A stretch of 50,883 nucleotides of DNA from a bacterium. Its GTDB lineage: Bacteria > Zhuqueibacterota > Zhuqueibacteria > Zhuqueibacterales > Zhuqueibacteraceae. The notes under the pieces are model-generated. The model ran no database searches. It was given only the letters and a program-made list of their open reading frames with translations, and was not told the DNA's origin. The translations under genes and the position numbers were made by a program. The first letter of the stretch is position 1. The number at the start of each line of letters is the position of its first letter. This document shows positions 31,066 through 40,929 of the stretch, one piece after another. The stretch spans positions 1 to 50,883 of the forward strand of contig JBIOXB010000172.1 of NCBI GenBank assembly GCA_044869275.1, in the 5' to 3' direction.

Positions 31066-31350
31066 TTGGCGGCACGCTTTCCTTTCTAAAGGTTGTTATT
31101 TTAAAATACCGAGCCACATTTTTGTAGTCAAGAAGCTTGTTGGAAAAATAAGGGATGTTCACATAATTACGTTTGCTTCTGTGGCATGATCTTCATATTT
31201 TGCTTTGATCATGATGCTATAATTATTGTGGAGGAGGTTGCCGCAATGAGAAAATATTCGTGGGTGAGAAATCGTTTGGAAGCGACGGCATTTGGGAGAC
31301 ATCGAAAAAATCCGCCACTGTAAAACCTTGAGGGCTGGTCGTGCAAAACG

Positions 31351-31596
31351 TTAGCATTTTTCCGCGATCCAGCGTTCGAGCAAGGCTTCAATGCTCAATT
31401 TTTGGCGCCGAGCTTGTACTTCTACCTTCTTAAATACTTTGCGATCAATACCGACATATCGTTTTTTCTTCAAATCAAAAGTCACTTTCACTTCCTCCGT
31501 GCCATCAAACTCAAGCAGGCTGTGTTCATCCCAAAATACCGAGGCTTGTTCGACGCTCATATTTTTGGGAAGCGGTTTTTTTTTGTTTTTTGCCAT
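31351..31596 (-). CDS. BrnA/CopG-like antitoxin
   Basis: EQASVFWDEHS motif and ribbon-helix-helix-like C-terminus (A..Q..S...L...WI.EK). Confidence 0.75.
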   Translation of the reverse strand: MAKNKKKPLPKNMSVEQASVFWDEHSLLEFDGTEEVKVTFDLKKKRYVGIDRKVFKKVEVQARRQKLSIEALLERWIAEKC

Positions 31597-31885
31597 ATCT
31601 TCGCCTCTCAATCGTTTTTATATCGCGTGCTGAAATGATCAATGCACGATTGCCCGGTTTTTCGATGTAGAAAATCGATAAATACCGCCCCGCCTCGGTA
31701 CGTCCAAGGGCGTTAAAAACGTCCTCGCCTTCGACCTTACCTTTCTGGTTGCGGTAATGTAGGGTCTGCCTGGACTCCAAGACTTGCTCAACTTCCGCTG
31801 GTACCACATAATGTTTCCACGCCAGTTTGTCGACAATATGATCGAGCCAGATGATTTCTCTAAAAGTCACGGAATCCACCCGCAA
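31526..31885 (-). CDS. BrnT-family toxin
   Basis: IIW...KLAWKH.V...EVE, ALGRTEAGRYL, IISARD...ERRRY. Confidence 0.8.
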   Translation of the reverse strand: MRVDSVTFREIIWLDHIVDKLAWKHYVVPAEVEQVLESRQTLHYRNQKGKVEGEDVFNALGRTEAGRYLSIFYIEKPGNRALIISARDIKTIERRRYGKKQKKTASQKYERRTSLGILG

Positions 31886-31988
31886 AACTTCGAGGTGATT
31901 GGCCTTGAGTTCAAGACCTTACCATCAAACCATGATACAAATAATACGCAACTCTCATCGAAAAATCAAGCCAGGAGTTTCTTGATGA

Positions 31989-32071
31989 ATACTACAACGT
32001 TAAGTCAACGCCTCCACTCGGGATGACAGTGCTCCCTTTTGTGCAAATACGCGAACTTAACGTTGTAGTAT
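31989..32071. repeat. Palindromic element
   Basis: Perfect 17-bp IR ATACTACAACGTTAAGT / ACTTAACGTTGTAGTAT with an internal CGGGATGACA. Confidence 0.82.
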
Positions 32072-32244
32072 GAAGTAGTAAGTATTGAGGAATTCTTATT
32101 TTCACAACCATTGCTTCTCTATAGTAACCTATTTGCCTTATTGTCATCATTTTTTTCTCAGAATTTTTCGTGATTATAAACTCTGATTGTTTTCACCCTA
32201 TGTAGGCTAAAAACGTCCACTGAACACCGGCCATTTATCTTTGT

Positions 32245-33804
32245 ATGACCTCTTCTCTCAATAAAAAGGTCGGCTTCGCCGCCCTCATCATGATGGCCTC
32301 GGTGCTGCTCAGCCGCGTCATCGGCCTGCTGCGCGAAATGGTGATTGCGCGCTACGGCGGCGCGGCCGGGGAAGTGGACGCCTACAACATTGCCTTCATC
32401 ATTCCTGAGATTCTCAATCATGTCGTGGCCAGCGGATTCCTGTCCGTGACTTTCATTCCCATTTTTTCAAAATATCTTGTTGAACATCGCGAAGACGAGG
32501 GCTGGAAGGTTTTCTCGATCATTTTGAGCGTCTTTGGAACCGTTCTGCTGCTGCTCATTGCGATCGCCTGGCTGCTCGCGCCGCAACTCGTGCCGCTTTT
32601 TGCGCCGGGGATTGAGAATGCCGAGATTTTGCTCCGCGCCATACGCATGACGCGCATCATCCTGCCCGCGCAGTTGTTCTTTTTTGCCGGCGGCCTGTTG
32701 ATGGCGGTGCAATTTGCCAAGGAACAGTTCAAGCTGCCGGCGCTGGCGCCCTTGATTTACAATTTGGGAATCATCGCCGGCGGCATGGCGTTTTACGCGT
32801 GGCTGGGGATGGAGGGGTTTGCGTTCGGCGCTTTGATCGGAGCGTTCCTGGGAAATTTCTTGATACAATTTTTCGGCGCAAGCCATGCCGGCATGAAGCT
32901 TTCTTTCACCTTTGCTCCTCATCACCCCGATCTCAAAAAATACCTCATGCTCACGCTGCCGTTGATGGTCGGTCTCACCATGACGTTCTCGACGGAATTC
33001 TTCACGCGCTTCTTTGGATCGTATCTGCCCGAAGGCGGCGTGGCGGCACTGAATTACGCTTTACGCATTATGTTTATTCTCGTCGGCTTTTTCGGGCAGG
33101 CCGCGGGCGTGGCCTCGTTTCCTTATCTTGCCCGCCTGGCGGCGGAAAACAAAATGGACGAAATGAATCAATTGCTGAATGACACCCTGCGGCGTTACAT
33201 TGCCCTGGTCATTCCATGCTCAGCTTTGTTGATCGTTTTGCGGCATGAGATCATCTTCATTCTTTTTCAGCGCGGGCGTTTTGACGCGCTGGCGACCGCG
33301 CGCACGGCCGAGGCTTTGGCCTTCATGTCAATTGGCGCATTTGCCTTTGCCGCGCAAACCGTAGTCGTGCGCGGATACTATGCCGCGCAGAATACGCTTT
33401 TCCCTACGATCATCGGTACGCTGGCGGTGGCAGCCAGCCTTCCGCTTTATTGGTTCGGCGTGCATGAATTTGGCAACAAAGGCCTGGCGCTGGCGATTTC
33501 TGTATCGGCGATTTTGCAAGTCGCTCTGCTATACGCGCTGTGGAATCGGCGCAGTGGCAATCGTGGCGGCAAAAAAGTATATGCTTTCTTTGCCAAGATT
33601 ATTTTATTGAGCGCGATGATCGGCGTGTTGTTGTATTTGGCAAAGGCCCATTTTTTTTCTGCACTCGGCCAAAATACTCTTGGCGGCAATCTGCTTGTGT
33701 GCGCGATCATTTCTTTGTTGTTTTTTGCTGTCTTCGCTGGAATAGGATATTTGTTTCGCATAAGGGAAATAGTGAATGTCGTTCGGCGTGTCTTGCGTCG
33801 ATGA
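32245..33804 (+). CDS. murJ: Lipid II flippase MurJ (MviN)
   Basis: LSRVIGLLRE, DAYNIAFIIP, TFIPIF, LNYALR, LFQRGRF, RGYYA. Confidence 0.92.
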   Translation: MTSSLNKKVGFAALIMMASVLLSRVIGLLREMVIARYGGAAGEVDAYNIAFIIPEILNHVVASGFLSVTFIPIFSKYLVEHREDEGWKVFSIILSVFGTVLLLLIAIAWLLAPQLVPLFAPGIENAEILLRAIRMTRIILPAQLFFFAGGLLMAVQFAKEQFKLPALAPLIYNLGIIAGGMAFYAWLGMEGFAFGALIGAFLGNFLIQFFGASHAGMKLSFTFAPHHPDLKKYLMLTLPLMVGLTMTFSTEFFTRFFGSYLPEGGVAALNYALRIMFILVGFFGQAAGVASFPYLARLAAENKMDEMNQLLNDTLRRYIALVIPCSALLIVLRHEIIFILFQRGRFDALATARTAEALAFMSIGAFAFAAQTVVVRGYYAAQNTLFPTIIGTLAVAASLPLYWFGVHEFGNKGLALAISVSAILQVALLYALWNRRSGNRGGKKVYAFFAKIILLSAMIGVLLYLAKAHFFSALGQNTLGGNLLVCAIISLLFFAVFAGIGYLFRIREIVNVVRRVLRR

Positions 33805-33909
33805 GCAAAGAATAATGCTGCTTGTAAATGGCTGGCGAGACGGAAACAAAAGAACATGCATTTTTCCGTGGGAGTTCATTTCCGCGAGCCAGACTTTTTG
33901 ATTATGTTC

Positions 33910-34062
33910 TAACTTGGCAATGTTAAGTTGGTCCTCAAAGCCCCCGTTCTCTGTCATGCTGTAAGCATCTTCCCAAGAGGGCTGCACTAAAATCTGGGGA
34001 AGATGCTTACAGCATGACAGATTGAGAGGGCGTGAATTTAAGCTAACATTGTCAAGCTAAGT
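33910..34062. repeat. Nested palindromic element (REP/MITE-like)
   Basis: Perfect 24-bp IR at 33951-33974/33997-34020 inside outer arms CTTGGCAATGTTA / TAACATTGTCAAG. Confidence 0.85.
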
Positions 34063-34240
34063 TCATTTGATTCAGCGTCTACCCGAAACCTCACAGTGCC
34101 ATGCTGAAAGCGCCTTGGTAGATTCAGTAACCCTTCCCTAATTATGACTGTGCAGAATTCAACCAAGAGCCCTACGGGATGACATATTGTGGTTTTGGGA
34201 TAGGCTCTCAATCGACACCCCGCTTTTTTTGAACACCTAC

Positions 34241-34323
34241 CGTTCGGAACCGAACGTTCTTCCAGCTATCAACATCTTCAACTCCATTGAAATCAATAAT
34301 TATTTTCTGGAATGTTCTTTGCG
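34241..34323 (+). promoter_or_regulatory. Putative sigma-54 promoter (-24/-12) with upstream palindromic enhancer site
   Basis: CTGGAATGTTCTTTGC at 34307-34322 has GG-N10-GC spacing, ~60 nt before ATG 34382. CGTTCG-N4-CGAACG palindrome at 34241-34256. Confidence 0.55.
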
Positions 34324-34381
34324 TTTACAGGTGTCAAAATCATGCTGTTTCCCTGTAAAATCCGGGACTTTCTTTCATAAA

Positions 34382-35626
34382 ATGGACCGCCCTCTCGCTC
34401 CCGAAATTCTACAACGCGAAAATATCAAACGCGCGCTCAAGATCGCCATGCCGGTGATCGCGATTGTCGCCGTGTTGATGTTGATCTCGGCCTGGATCCA
34501 TCCCTCGATCAACCGCAACCGCATTCGCACGGCGAAAGTGGAGCGTGGACCAATTGTGGCCACGATTACGGCCTCCGGTACAGTGATACCGGAATTCGAG
34601 CAGGCTTTGTCCAGTCCAATCGACAGCCGCGTGCTCAAAGTCTTGAAAAAGCCCGGTGCGGTTGTGGCGAAGGGCGAAGCGATCTTGGAATTGGACGTGA
34701 GTGCGGCACAATTTGATTTGGAGAAAGTCACCGATCAAATCAAACTGAAAGAAAATCAGCAAGCACAGCTTCGTCTCGATCTCGATAAAACCTTGACCGA
34801 CTTGCAGACGCAGGCGCGCATCAAGCAATTAAGGCGTGAATACTTGCAGGCCAAATCCGCGCAGCAAAAACAGCTCTTCGCCATCGGCGGCAGCTCAAAA
34901 GAACAACTGCGCCAGTCGGAGCTGGAAGAAGAAATCGCCGAGCTGGAATTGCAGCAGCTCGATAGCAACATTCGCAATACGCAAAATTCCTTGCAGAATC
35001 AGTTGCAGGGTGTGGCCACGGAAATTCGCATTTTGCAAAAAGAACGCGTGGAAGCGCAGCATCAATTGGAATTGGCCACCACCAAAGCAGAGCGCGATGG
35101 GGTGCTGACTTTTGCATTGTCGGAGGAAGGCACCACCGTGCGCAAGGGCGAGGTGCTGGCGCGCATCGCGGATTTGGGCAGTTTCCGCGTGCAGGCTGCG
35201 GTTTCCGAGGTGCACGCCACGCGCCTGGCCGTGAACCTGCCGGTCAAAATCAAAGTGAACGAAGATTTTCTCACGGGCAGCCTCGCCGCGATTTATCCCA
35301 AGATCGAAAATGGCATCATCACGATGAGCGTCAATCTAGATGACAAGTCAAATGCCGCGCTGCGTTCGAACCTGCGTGTCGAGGTGTTTATTATCACCGC
35401 GAGCAGAGACAACGTTCTGCGCCTGAAGAAAGGCGCCTTCGCCGCCGGCGAAAGCATGAATGAAGTCTTCGTCCTCCGCGACGAAACCGCGTTCAAAACC
35501 CCGGTGCGCTTGGGCTTGTCCAGTTTTGAGTATTTTGAAGTGACCGAAGGTTTGTCCGAAGGAGACGAAGTGATCATCTCGGATATGCGGGATTTTGCGC
35601 ACGTGAAGGAAGTGAGGGTGAATTGA
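34382..35626 (+). CDS. Efflux periplasmic adaptor subunit (HlyD/MacA-like)
   Basis: N-terminal TM, ASGTV.P, lipoyl-like halves flanking a long coiled coil, GLSEGDEVIISD. Start trimmed to MDRPL. Confidence 0.9.
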   Translation: MDRPLAPEILQRENIKRALKIAMPVIAIVAVLMLISAWIHPSINRNRIRTAKVERGPIVATITASGTVIPEFEQALSSPIDSRVLKVLKKPGAVVAKGEAILELDVSAAQFDLEKVTDQIKLKENQQAQLRLDLDKTLTDLQTQARIKQLRREYLQAKSAQQKQLFAIGGSSKEQLRQSELEEEIAELELQQLDSNIRNTQNSLQNQLQGVATEIRILQKERVEAQHQLELATTKAERDGVLTFALSEEGTTVRKGEVLARIADLGSFRVQAAVSEVHATRLAVNLPVKIKVNEDFLTGSLAAIYPKIENGIITMSVNLDDKSNAALRSNLRVEVFIITASRDNVLRLKKGAFAAGESMNEVFVLRDETAFKTPVRLGLSSFEYFEVTEGLSEGDEVIISDMRDFAHVKEVRVN

Positions 35627-35640
35627 GGCTGAAGGGAGAT

Positions 35641-35785
35641 GATCGAGGATCGAAGATAGAAGATAGAAGATCGAAGATAGAAGGTCGAAGATAGAAGATA
35701 GAAGATGGAAGTTAGAGGTCGCATCAATCCTCGATCTTTTATCTTCTAACCTCGACCTTCGATTCTCGATCTTCGACCCTCGATC
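35641..35785. repeat. Heptamer tandem array with inverted array (hairpin)
   Basis: 11 x GATMGAR-like units (35641-35717), then 8 reverse-complement units (35730-35785). Confidence 0.9.
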
Positions 35786-35830
35786 TGAAACCCGCTCGCT
35801 TCAGAACCAACGACAAAGAGGAGACCAAAT

Positions 35831-36496
35831 ATGATCCAGCTCGAAAGTATTGACAAGGTTTACCGCACGGACAAAATCGAAACCATGGCTTTAAACAACA
35901 TCAATCTGCAGGTGCGGGAAGGGGAGTTCATTTCAGTGATGGGACCCTCGGGCTGCGGCAAAAGCACTTTGCTCAATATCATTGGTTTGTTGGATGTGCC
36001 GACGAAAGGCAAAATCGCGTTGCACGGCGACAAGATTACGGCCTATCGCGACAAGCAGCTCGCGCGGCTGCGCAACGAAAAGATCGGCTTCATTTTTCAA
36101 AGCTTTCATCTCATTCCGGATCTCAACGTGGCCGACAACGTCGAGATTCCGCTGCTCTACCGCCGCCTGTCGAACGCCGAGCGCCGGCGTTTGGCGCTGC
36201 TGGCGTTGGATCGCGTTGGCTTGACCGCGCGTGTGCAGCATTTTCCCTCCCAGCTTTCCGGCGGCCAACAGCAGCGTGTGGCCATCGCGCGCGCGATTGT
36301 TGGCAGGCCCAGAATTTTGCTGGCGGACGAGCCCACGGGGAATCTCGACAGCCACATGGGCGACGAAATCATGGCGATCCTGCAGGAGTTGAATCAGAAA
36401 GAAAAAACCACCGTCATTATGGTCACGCATGACCCGCGCCTTTCGGAGAGAACCGAACGGATTGTGCGGTTGTTTGACGGCAGGCAGGTGAATTAG
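35831..36496 (+). CDS. ABC transporter ATP-binding protein (MacB/LolD-like)
   Basis: [30 protein letters not shown]. Confidence 0.96.
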   Translation: MIQLESIDKVYRTDKIETMALNNINLQVREGEFISVMGPSGCGKSTLLNIIGLLDVPTKGKIALHGDKITAYRDKQLARLRNEKIGFIFQSFHLIPDLNVADNVEIPLLYRRLSNAERRRLALLALDRVGLTARVQHFPSQLSGGQQQRVAIARAIVGRPRILLADEPTGNLDSHMGDEIMAILQELNQKEKTTVIMVTHDPRLSERTERIVRLFDGRQVN

Positions 36497-36498
36497 AT

Positions 36499-36600
36499 GA
36501 TCGAGGATAGAAGATGGAAGATAGAAGATGGAAGCTCGCGCCTCTTCGATCCTCTATCCTCGATCATCAATCTTCGATTCTTGATCATCGATCCTCGATC
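36499..36600. repeat. Heptamer tandem array with inverted array (hairpin)
   Basis: GATCGAG/GATAGAA/GATGGAA units followed by TTCGATC/CTCGATC-like units. Confidence 0.88.
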
Positions 36601-36615
36601 CACAAGGGAGAACGC

Positions 36616-37866
36616 ATGCTCAAAAACTATCTCAAAATAGCGATCAAAGTCCTGCTGCGCCGCAAGTTCTTCACCTTCATCAGCCTGTTCGGCATCAGCT
36701 TCACGCTGATCGTGCTGATGATCGCGGCAGCGCTGCTGGATCATGCATTCGGGCCGTTAGCGCCTGAAACGAAAACCGATCGCATGCTCGGCATTTATAC
36801 CGTCCGTATGGAATTGTCGCAAAGAGGCGGGGCGCGGACCGGCTTGGCCCCCTACTGGTTTTTGGATCGCTATGTACGCACACTGGCAACAGCGGAAAAG
36901 GTCTCCATCTTCTCCTCGCAACGCACCGTGAGCGCATTCATCAATGGCGTCAAGCACGGCGTTTTCTTGAAGCGCACCGATGGCCGGTTTTGGGAGATTT
37001 TGGATTTCAACTTTTTGGAGGGTGGGCCATTTACGGTGGAGGATGAAAAGAACGCCAATTTCGTCGCCGTGATCAATGCCGCGACGCGGCAAAAATTTTT
37101 TGGTGAAGCCCCAGCCGTGGGCAACACGATCGACGTCGATGGGCAGAAGTTTCGCGTGGTGGGCGTGGTGCCCAACATTCCCATTTTCCGCGTCACCTCC
37201 CACGCCGACGTGTGGGTGCCGTTGAGCACGGCCAAATCAAATTCCTATTTGCGCGAAGTGAGCGGCGATGATTTCTCGGCGTTGATGCTGGCGCGCAGCC
37301 GCGCCGATGTTCCCAAGATCAAGGAAGAGCTGCAAAGCGTGCTGCCGCGCGTCGAGTTTCCCACTCCGGATTACAATCGCATGATCACGGCGGCCGAGAC
37401 TTTGTTCGAGTCCGTGGGCCGGGGATTTTTCGGCCAGGATCGCGACGCGCGCGATTATTCCGGCCATCTGTTTGCCCTGCTGTTCACGCTCGCCCTGCTC
37501 TTCATGCTGCTGCCCACCATCAATCTTATCAACATCAACATCAGCCGCATCCTGGAGCGCGCCTCTGAAATCGGTGTGCGTAAAGCATTCGGCGCCTCTT
37601 CCTGGAAATTGATCGGCCAGTTCGTGGTGGAGAACGTTGTGCTCACGCTGCTGGGCGGCGCCATCGCGTTTGCCGCTACCCTGGTGATTTTGCAAATGCT
37701 CAACCACAGCGGCTTGATCCAGTATGCGGAGTTTCAAATGAATTACCGCATCTTTATGTACGGCTTGCTCACGGCCCTGTTTTTCAGCCTGTTTTCCGGG
37801 GTCTATCCCGCCTGGAAAATGTCGCGTTTGCACCCGGTGGAAGCCTTGCGAGGAAAAAGCATATGA
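36616..37866 (+). CDS. ABC transporter permease (MacB/FtsX family)
   Basis: MLKNYLKIA, ERASEIGVRKAFGA, YPAWKMSRLHPVEALR. Confidence 0.92.
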   Translation: MLKNYLKIAIKVLLRRKFFTFISLFGISFTLIVLMIAAALLDHAFGPLAPETKTDRMLGIYTVRMELSQRGGARTGLAPYWFLDRYVRTLATAEKVSIFSSQRTVSAFINGVKHGVFLKRTDGRFWEILDFNFLEGGPFTVEDEKNANFVAVINAATRQKFFGEAPAVGNTIDVDGQKFRVVGVVPNIPIFRVTSHADVWVPLSTAKSNSYLREVSGDDFSALMLARSRADVPKIKEELQSVLPRVEFPTPDYNRMITAAETLFESVGRGFFGQDRDARDYSGHLFALLFTLALLFMLLPTINLININISRILERASEIGVRKAFGASSWKLIGQFVVENVVLTLLGGAIAFAATLVILQMLNHSGLIQYAEFQMNYRIFMYGLLTALFFSLFSGVYPAWKMSRLHPVEALRGKSI

Positions 37867-39059
37867 TCAAACATTTTTTCAAAATCGTGTGGAACCGCAA
37901 GCGTTCGAACCTGTTGATCATGCTCGAGATCTTTTTTGCCTTCATCGTGATGTTTGCAGTGCTCACCTTGAGCGCTTATTACGCCGACAATTATCGCCAG
38001 CCCCTCGGCTTTTCGTACGAGAACATTTGGAATATCAGCATCGACATGAACGTGGCCACGGATGACGTTTGGACCGAGGAAATGGTGCAAACCACACGGC
38101 AGCTTTTTTTGGCGCTGCAGGATTTTCCGGAAATCGAGAAGGCGGCGGGAGCCTTGAGTGCGCCTTATGATTTTGGCAGTCGCAACTCGGTCAACAGATA
38201 CGACGGTAAGGAAGTCGAGATGGAAGTGAATGAAGTTACGGATGACTTTCTGCAAACCCTGGGATTGGAATTGGTGCAGGGACGCTGGTTCGAAAAAAGC
38301 GACGACGCATTAAATTGGCGGCCGGTGGTCATCAATCAACGCTTAAGCCGCGAAGTTTATGGCGAAGAAAATCCCATTGATCAAGTCTACAAGCCCTGGG
38401 TCTCGGACGAGGTGGAGGTGCGCGTCATCGGCGTGGTGACGGATTTTAGAAAAGGCGGAGAGTTTGCCGGTCCGGGGAATTATCTCTTCGAGCGCAAACG
38501 CTTGGACGATCCCCAAAACCGGCCGCCGCGCAATCTTTTGATCAAATTGCGCCCGGGCACGACGGCCGTGTTTGAAGAGAAATTGGCGGAAAAGCTTCAA
38601 GCCGTGGCGAAAGAATGGTCGTTTGAAATTTTGCCGTTAACGCGCATGCGTGAGATCGCCTTTAAATTTCGTTTGGTCCCCATCATTATTTTGGGATTGA
38701 TCGCCGTGTTTTTGATGATCATGGTGGGTTTGGGATTGGTGGGTGTGCTGTGGCAGAACGTGACGCAAAGAACGAAGGAAATCGGCCTGCGCCGCGCCAA
38801 AGGCGCAGCGGCGAGCGACATTCACAAACAAATTCTGGGTGAATTGCTCGTGCTCACCACTTTGGGATTGGCCGCTGGCATGCTTCTCGTCGTGCAATTT
38901 CCCTTGCTCAATTTGATTGGGTTTATCAGCGCCAAAGTTTATGCCCTCGGCCTGTTGGCGGCGCTTGTGATCATTTATAGTCTGACGCTCACGGCGGGTT
39001 TGTATCCCAGCTGGTTGGCCACGCGCGTGCAGCCGGCAGAGGCGCTGCATTATGAATGA
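37863..39059 (+). CDS. ABC transporter permease (MacB/FtsX family)
   Basis: RTKEIGLRRAKGA and PSWLATRVQPAEALHYE; ATGA overlap with the upstream permease. Confidence 0.92.
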   Translation: MIKHFFKIVWNRKRSNLLIMLEIFFAFIVMFAVLTLSAYYADNYRQPLGFSYENIWNISIDMNVATDDVWTEEMVQTTRQLFLALQDFPEIEKAAGALSAPYDFGSRNSVNRYDGKEVEMEVNEVTDDFLQTLGLELVQGRWFEKSDDALNWRPVVINQRLSREVYGEENPIDQVYKPWVSDEVEVRVIGVVTDFRKGGEFAGPGNYLFERKRLDDPQNRPPRNLLIKLRPGTTAVFEEKLAEKLQAVAKEWSFEILPLTRMREIAFKFRLVPIIILGLIAVFLMIMVGLGLVGVLWQNVTQRTKEIGLRRAKGAAASDIHKQILGELLVLTTLGLAAGMLLVVQFPLLNLIGFISAKVYALGLLAALVIIYSLTLTAGLYPSWLATRVQPAEALHYE

Positions 39060-39097
39060 GTGAAGAACGCCCGCGCACGGAAGGGCAGGTGGGCGGC

Positions 39098-40207
39098 TCA
39101 CTTTTCCGAAACAAACCCGGCTGCGATATCTTCGGAAGTTTGCGCTGCCGTCACGCTTCCTTCGACATTGCTGACGACGTCAAAGCGATCGACGATCTTG
39201 CCATCAATATCTTTGAAATAGAAAGACGCCGCATTGGGCTTGCCTCCCACGAAGAACGTGCCAAAAAGCGCGCCATAGTTGGCGTTCTGGGTGGAGGTGT
39301 AGATGCTTGCCCACCAGTTCCCGGACAGCTCCTGGTTGCGAATGCTTTCGCCTCCGAGTCCGGAAACAAAAACAAATGTTTTACCTTTGGTGACGACCAG
39401 CGTTTCGGAGCTGCTGGCCACGGTTTGATTGACAATGCTACTAAGCAGATGCGTTCGACTATAGGAGTGTTCATGCGCGGTCGCAATAATTGCGCCCCCC
39501 TCTCTTGCGGCCTCATAAACACCCCATCCCGTCTCATCTGATTTGCCGCCAACTTGCATGGCGCGCATGTTTTTGTGCCAGCTGCAAATGCTCCAAATCG
39601 AGTTATCCGCCGCCAATTGGTCCCGAATATAGGCCTCGTGGCCGGATCCCATTGTTCCCGGCCCCGCGAGCACGATGAAAATGCCCTTATAAGTAACCGT
39701 TGATTGCACGCCCAAATCGCCCTTCCAGGTGATTCCCAAACGCTGCAACCGGTTTTTCAGGAGCTGCTGATAGCCGTTTGCTCCGCCCCATCGCGCTTCG
39801 TCATGGTTGCCAATGGATGCGAAATAGGGAAAATCGGCTCCGAATACTTCGTTGATCTGGGCCTCCCATGCTGCCGGGTCGTCGTTATAGTCAAAATCTC
39901 CTTGATGCATGACCAAATCGGTGCCTTCATTTTTGATCAGTGTAAGCACGGCCTTGGCCTCGGCGCTCGACCCTTGATCACCAATAAATGCGATTTTGAA
40001 ATCCGGCTCCTGCCTTCTGGCATCGCCGCCCGAATCAGAAGGATTTTTCCCGCAGCCAAGATAGACCAGCGCCACCATCGCGTAAGAAAGCAAAATCAAC
40101 GGCCTCTCCAGCGCAGCCGTTGCGGCAGCGATGCCGAGGGTTAGACCCTTCCGGTGGTTTGCAGAAAAATTGCACGTCGAAGAAAGACAGGTGATGGGGA
40201 AACGCAT
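39098..40207 (-). CDS. Calcineurin-like metallophosphoesterase, probably exported/lipoprotein
   Basis: GDQG, GDFDY, GNHD, WH and AHEH motifs; hydrophobic stretch ending LVYLGC. AAGGAG RBS precedes ATG 40207. Confidence 0.82.
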   Translation of the reverse strand: MRFPITCLSSTCNFSANHRKGLTLGIAAATAALERPLILLSYAMVALVYLGCGKNPSDSGGDARRQEPDFKIAFIGDQGSSAEAKAVLTLIKNEGTDLVMHQGDFDYNDDPAAWEAQINEVFGADFPYFASIGNHDEARWGGANGYQQLLKNRLQRLGITWKGDLGVQSTVTYKGIFIVLAGPGTMGSGHEAYIRDQLAADNSIWSICSWHKNMRAMQVGGKSDETGWGVYEAAREGGAIIATAHEHSYSRTHLLSSIVNQTVASSSETLVVTKGKTFVFVSGLGGESIRNQELSGNWWASIYTSTQNANYGALFGTFFVGGKPNAASFYFKDIDGKIVDRFDVVSNVEGSVTAAQTSEDIAAGFVSEK

Positions 40208-40340
40208 GATTCCGGCTCCTTGCATGATTCTGCGATTTAATGCGTATACAAAATCTTGCTCAAACCAGCAACAGAATTTTTGAATTGCCATGATAAACTT
40301 CTGAGCTGAATCATGCAAGCAATACTGTTCAAGAAGGCAA

Positions 40341-40450
40341 AGCGCAGAGGGCAGAGGGCAGAGGGCATAGAGCATAGCGCATGGAGCGTGGCGTATAGCG
40401 CCGAGCAGGGCTCTTCTCGTTATTCTGCCCTCTGCGCTCTGCCCTCTGCA
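40341..40450. repeat. Heptamer tandem/inverted repeats
   Basis: AGGGCAG/AGAGCAT-like units followed by TCTGCCC/TCTGCGC units. Confidence 0.8.
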
Positions 40451-40929
40451 TTACGGACAATTAGTATGCCAAAGGCGCTCGCCATAGGGCTGTTGCAATG
40501 GTCTAACTTCGCCAAATAACAGTATGCTGCAAGTCAAAGTGCAATCGGTTTTCACCTTCTGTTGTAACACTGTTTAACGAATTTGTCATAAGTGTACATG
40601 TAAAAAATACCAGGCTGAAATACAAATGTGGAATTTCTTGCATGGTCTTGAGCCTAACTTCGTGGCGCGAATTACACGTGACGCGCCGTCTCCGGCGCCA
40701 AGCGAGATTCCGAATCTTCGGGAAGTCTTTGCATTTTTTTATCAAGAGTTCACATTTAATGGGTATTGCATCTCATTGATTTAAATCTTAATTTTTTATG
40801 AGATCACCAGAGCAATTTCGCTCTAAATCCAACATGGACTAAGAATTTGCGAGAGCAGCGGCACCGTGTGCTTCGTGGCAATCGATCTTTACATTTAGCG
40901 GAACCTTCCGTTTCAAGTGGCTCGCATTC

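Noticed and set aside
32245..33804. MurJ as a second flippase of the EPS cluster
   Set aside because: It is separated from the cluster by the TA islet and looks like ordinary peptidoglycan MurJ; the cluster has its own Wzx.
35641..35785. Possible CRISPR array
   Set aside because: Units are 7-nt tandem repeats without unique spacers, and no cas genes are in the window.
36514..36615. N-terminal extension of the permease ORF (MEDRRWK...SSILDH), and similar extensions at 34187, 40375 and 45451
   Set aside because: These translate repeats or intergenic DNA. Downstream ATGs give family-typical N-termini, most with a clear RBS.
40551..40600. Pho-box-like repeats upstream of the phosphoesterase
   Set aside because: Half-site spacing is irregular (13/10/11) and the matches are weak.
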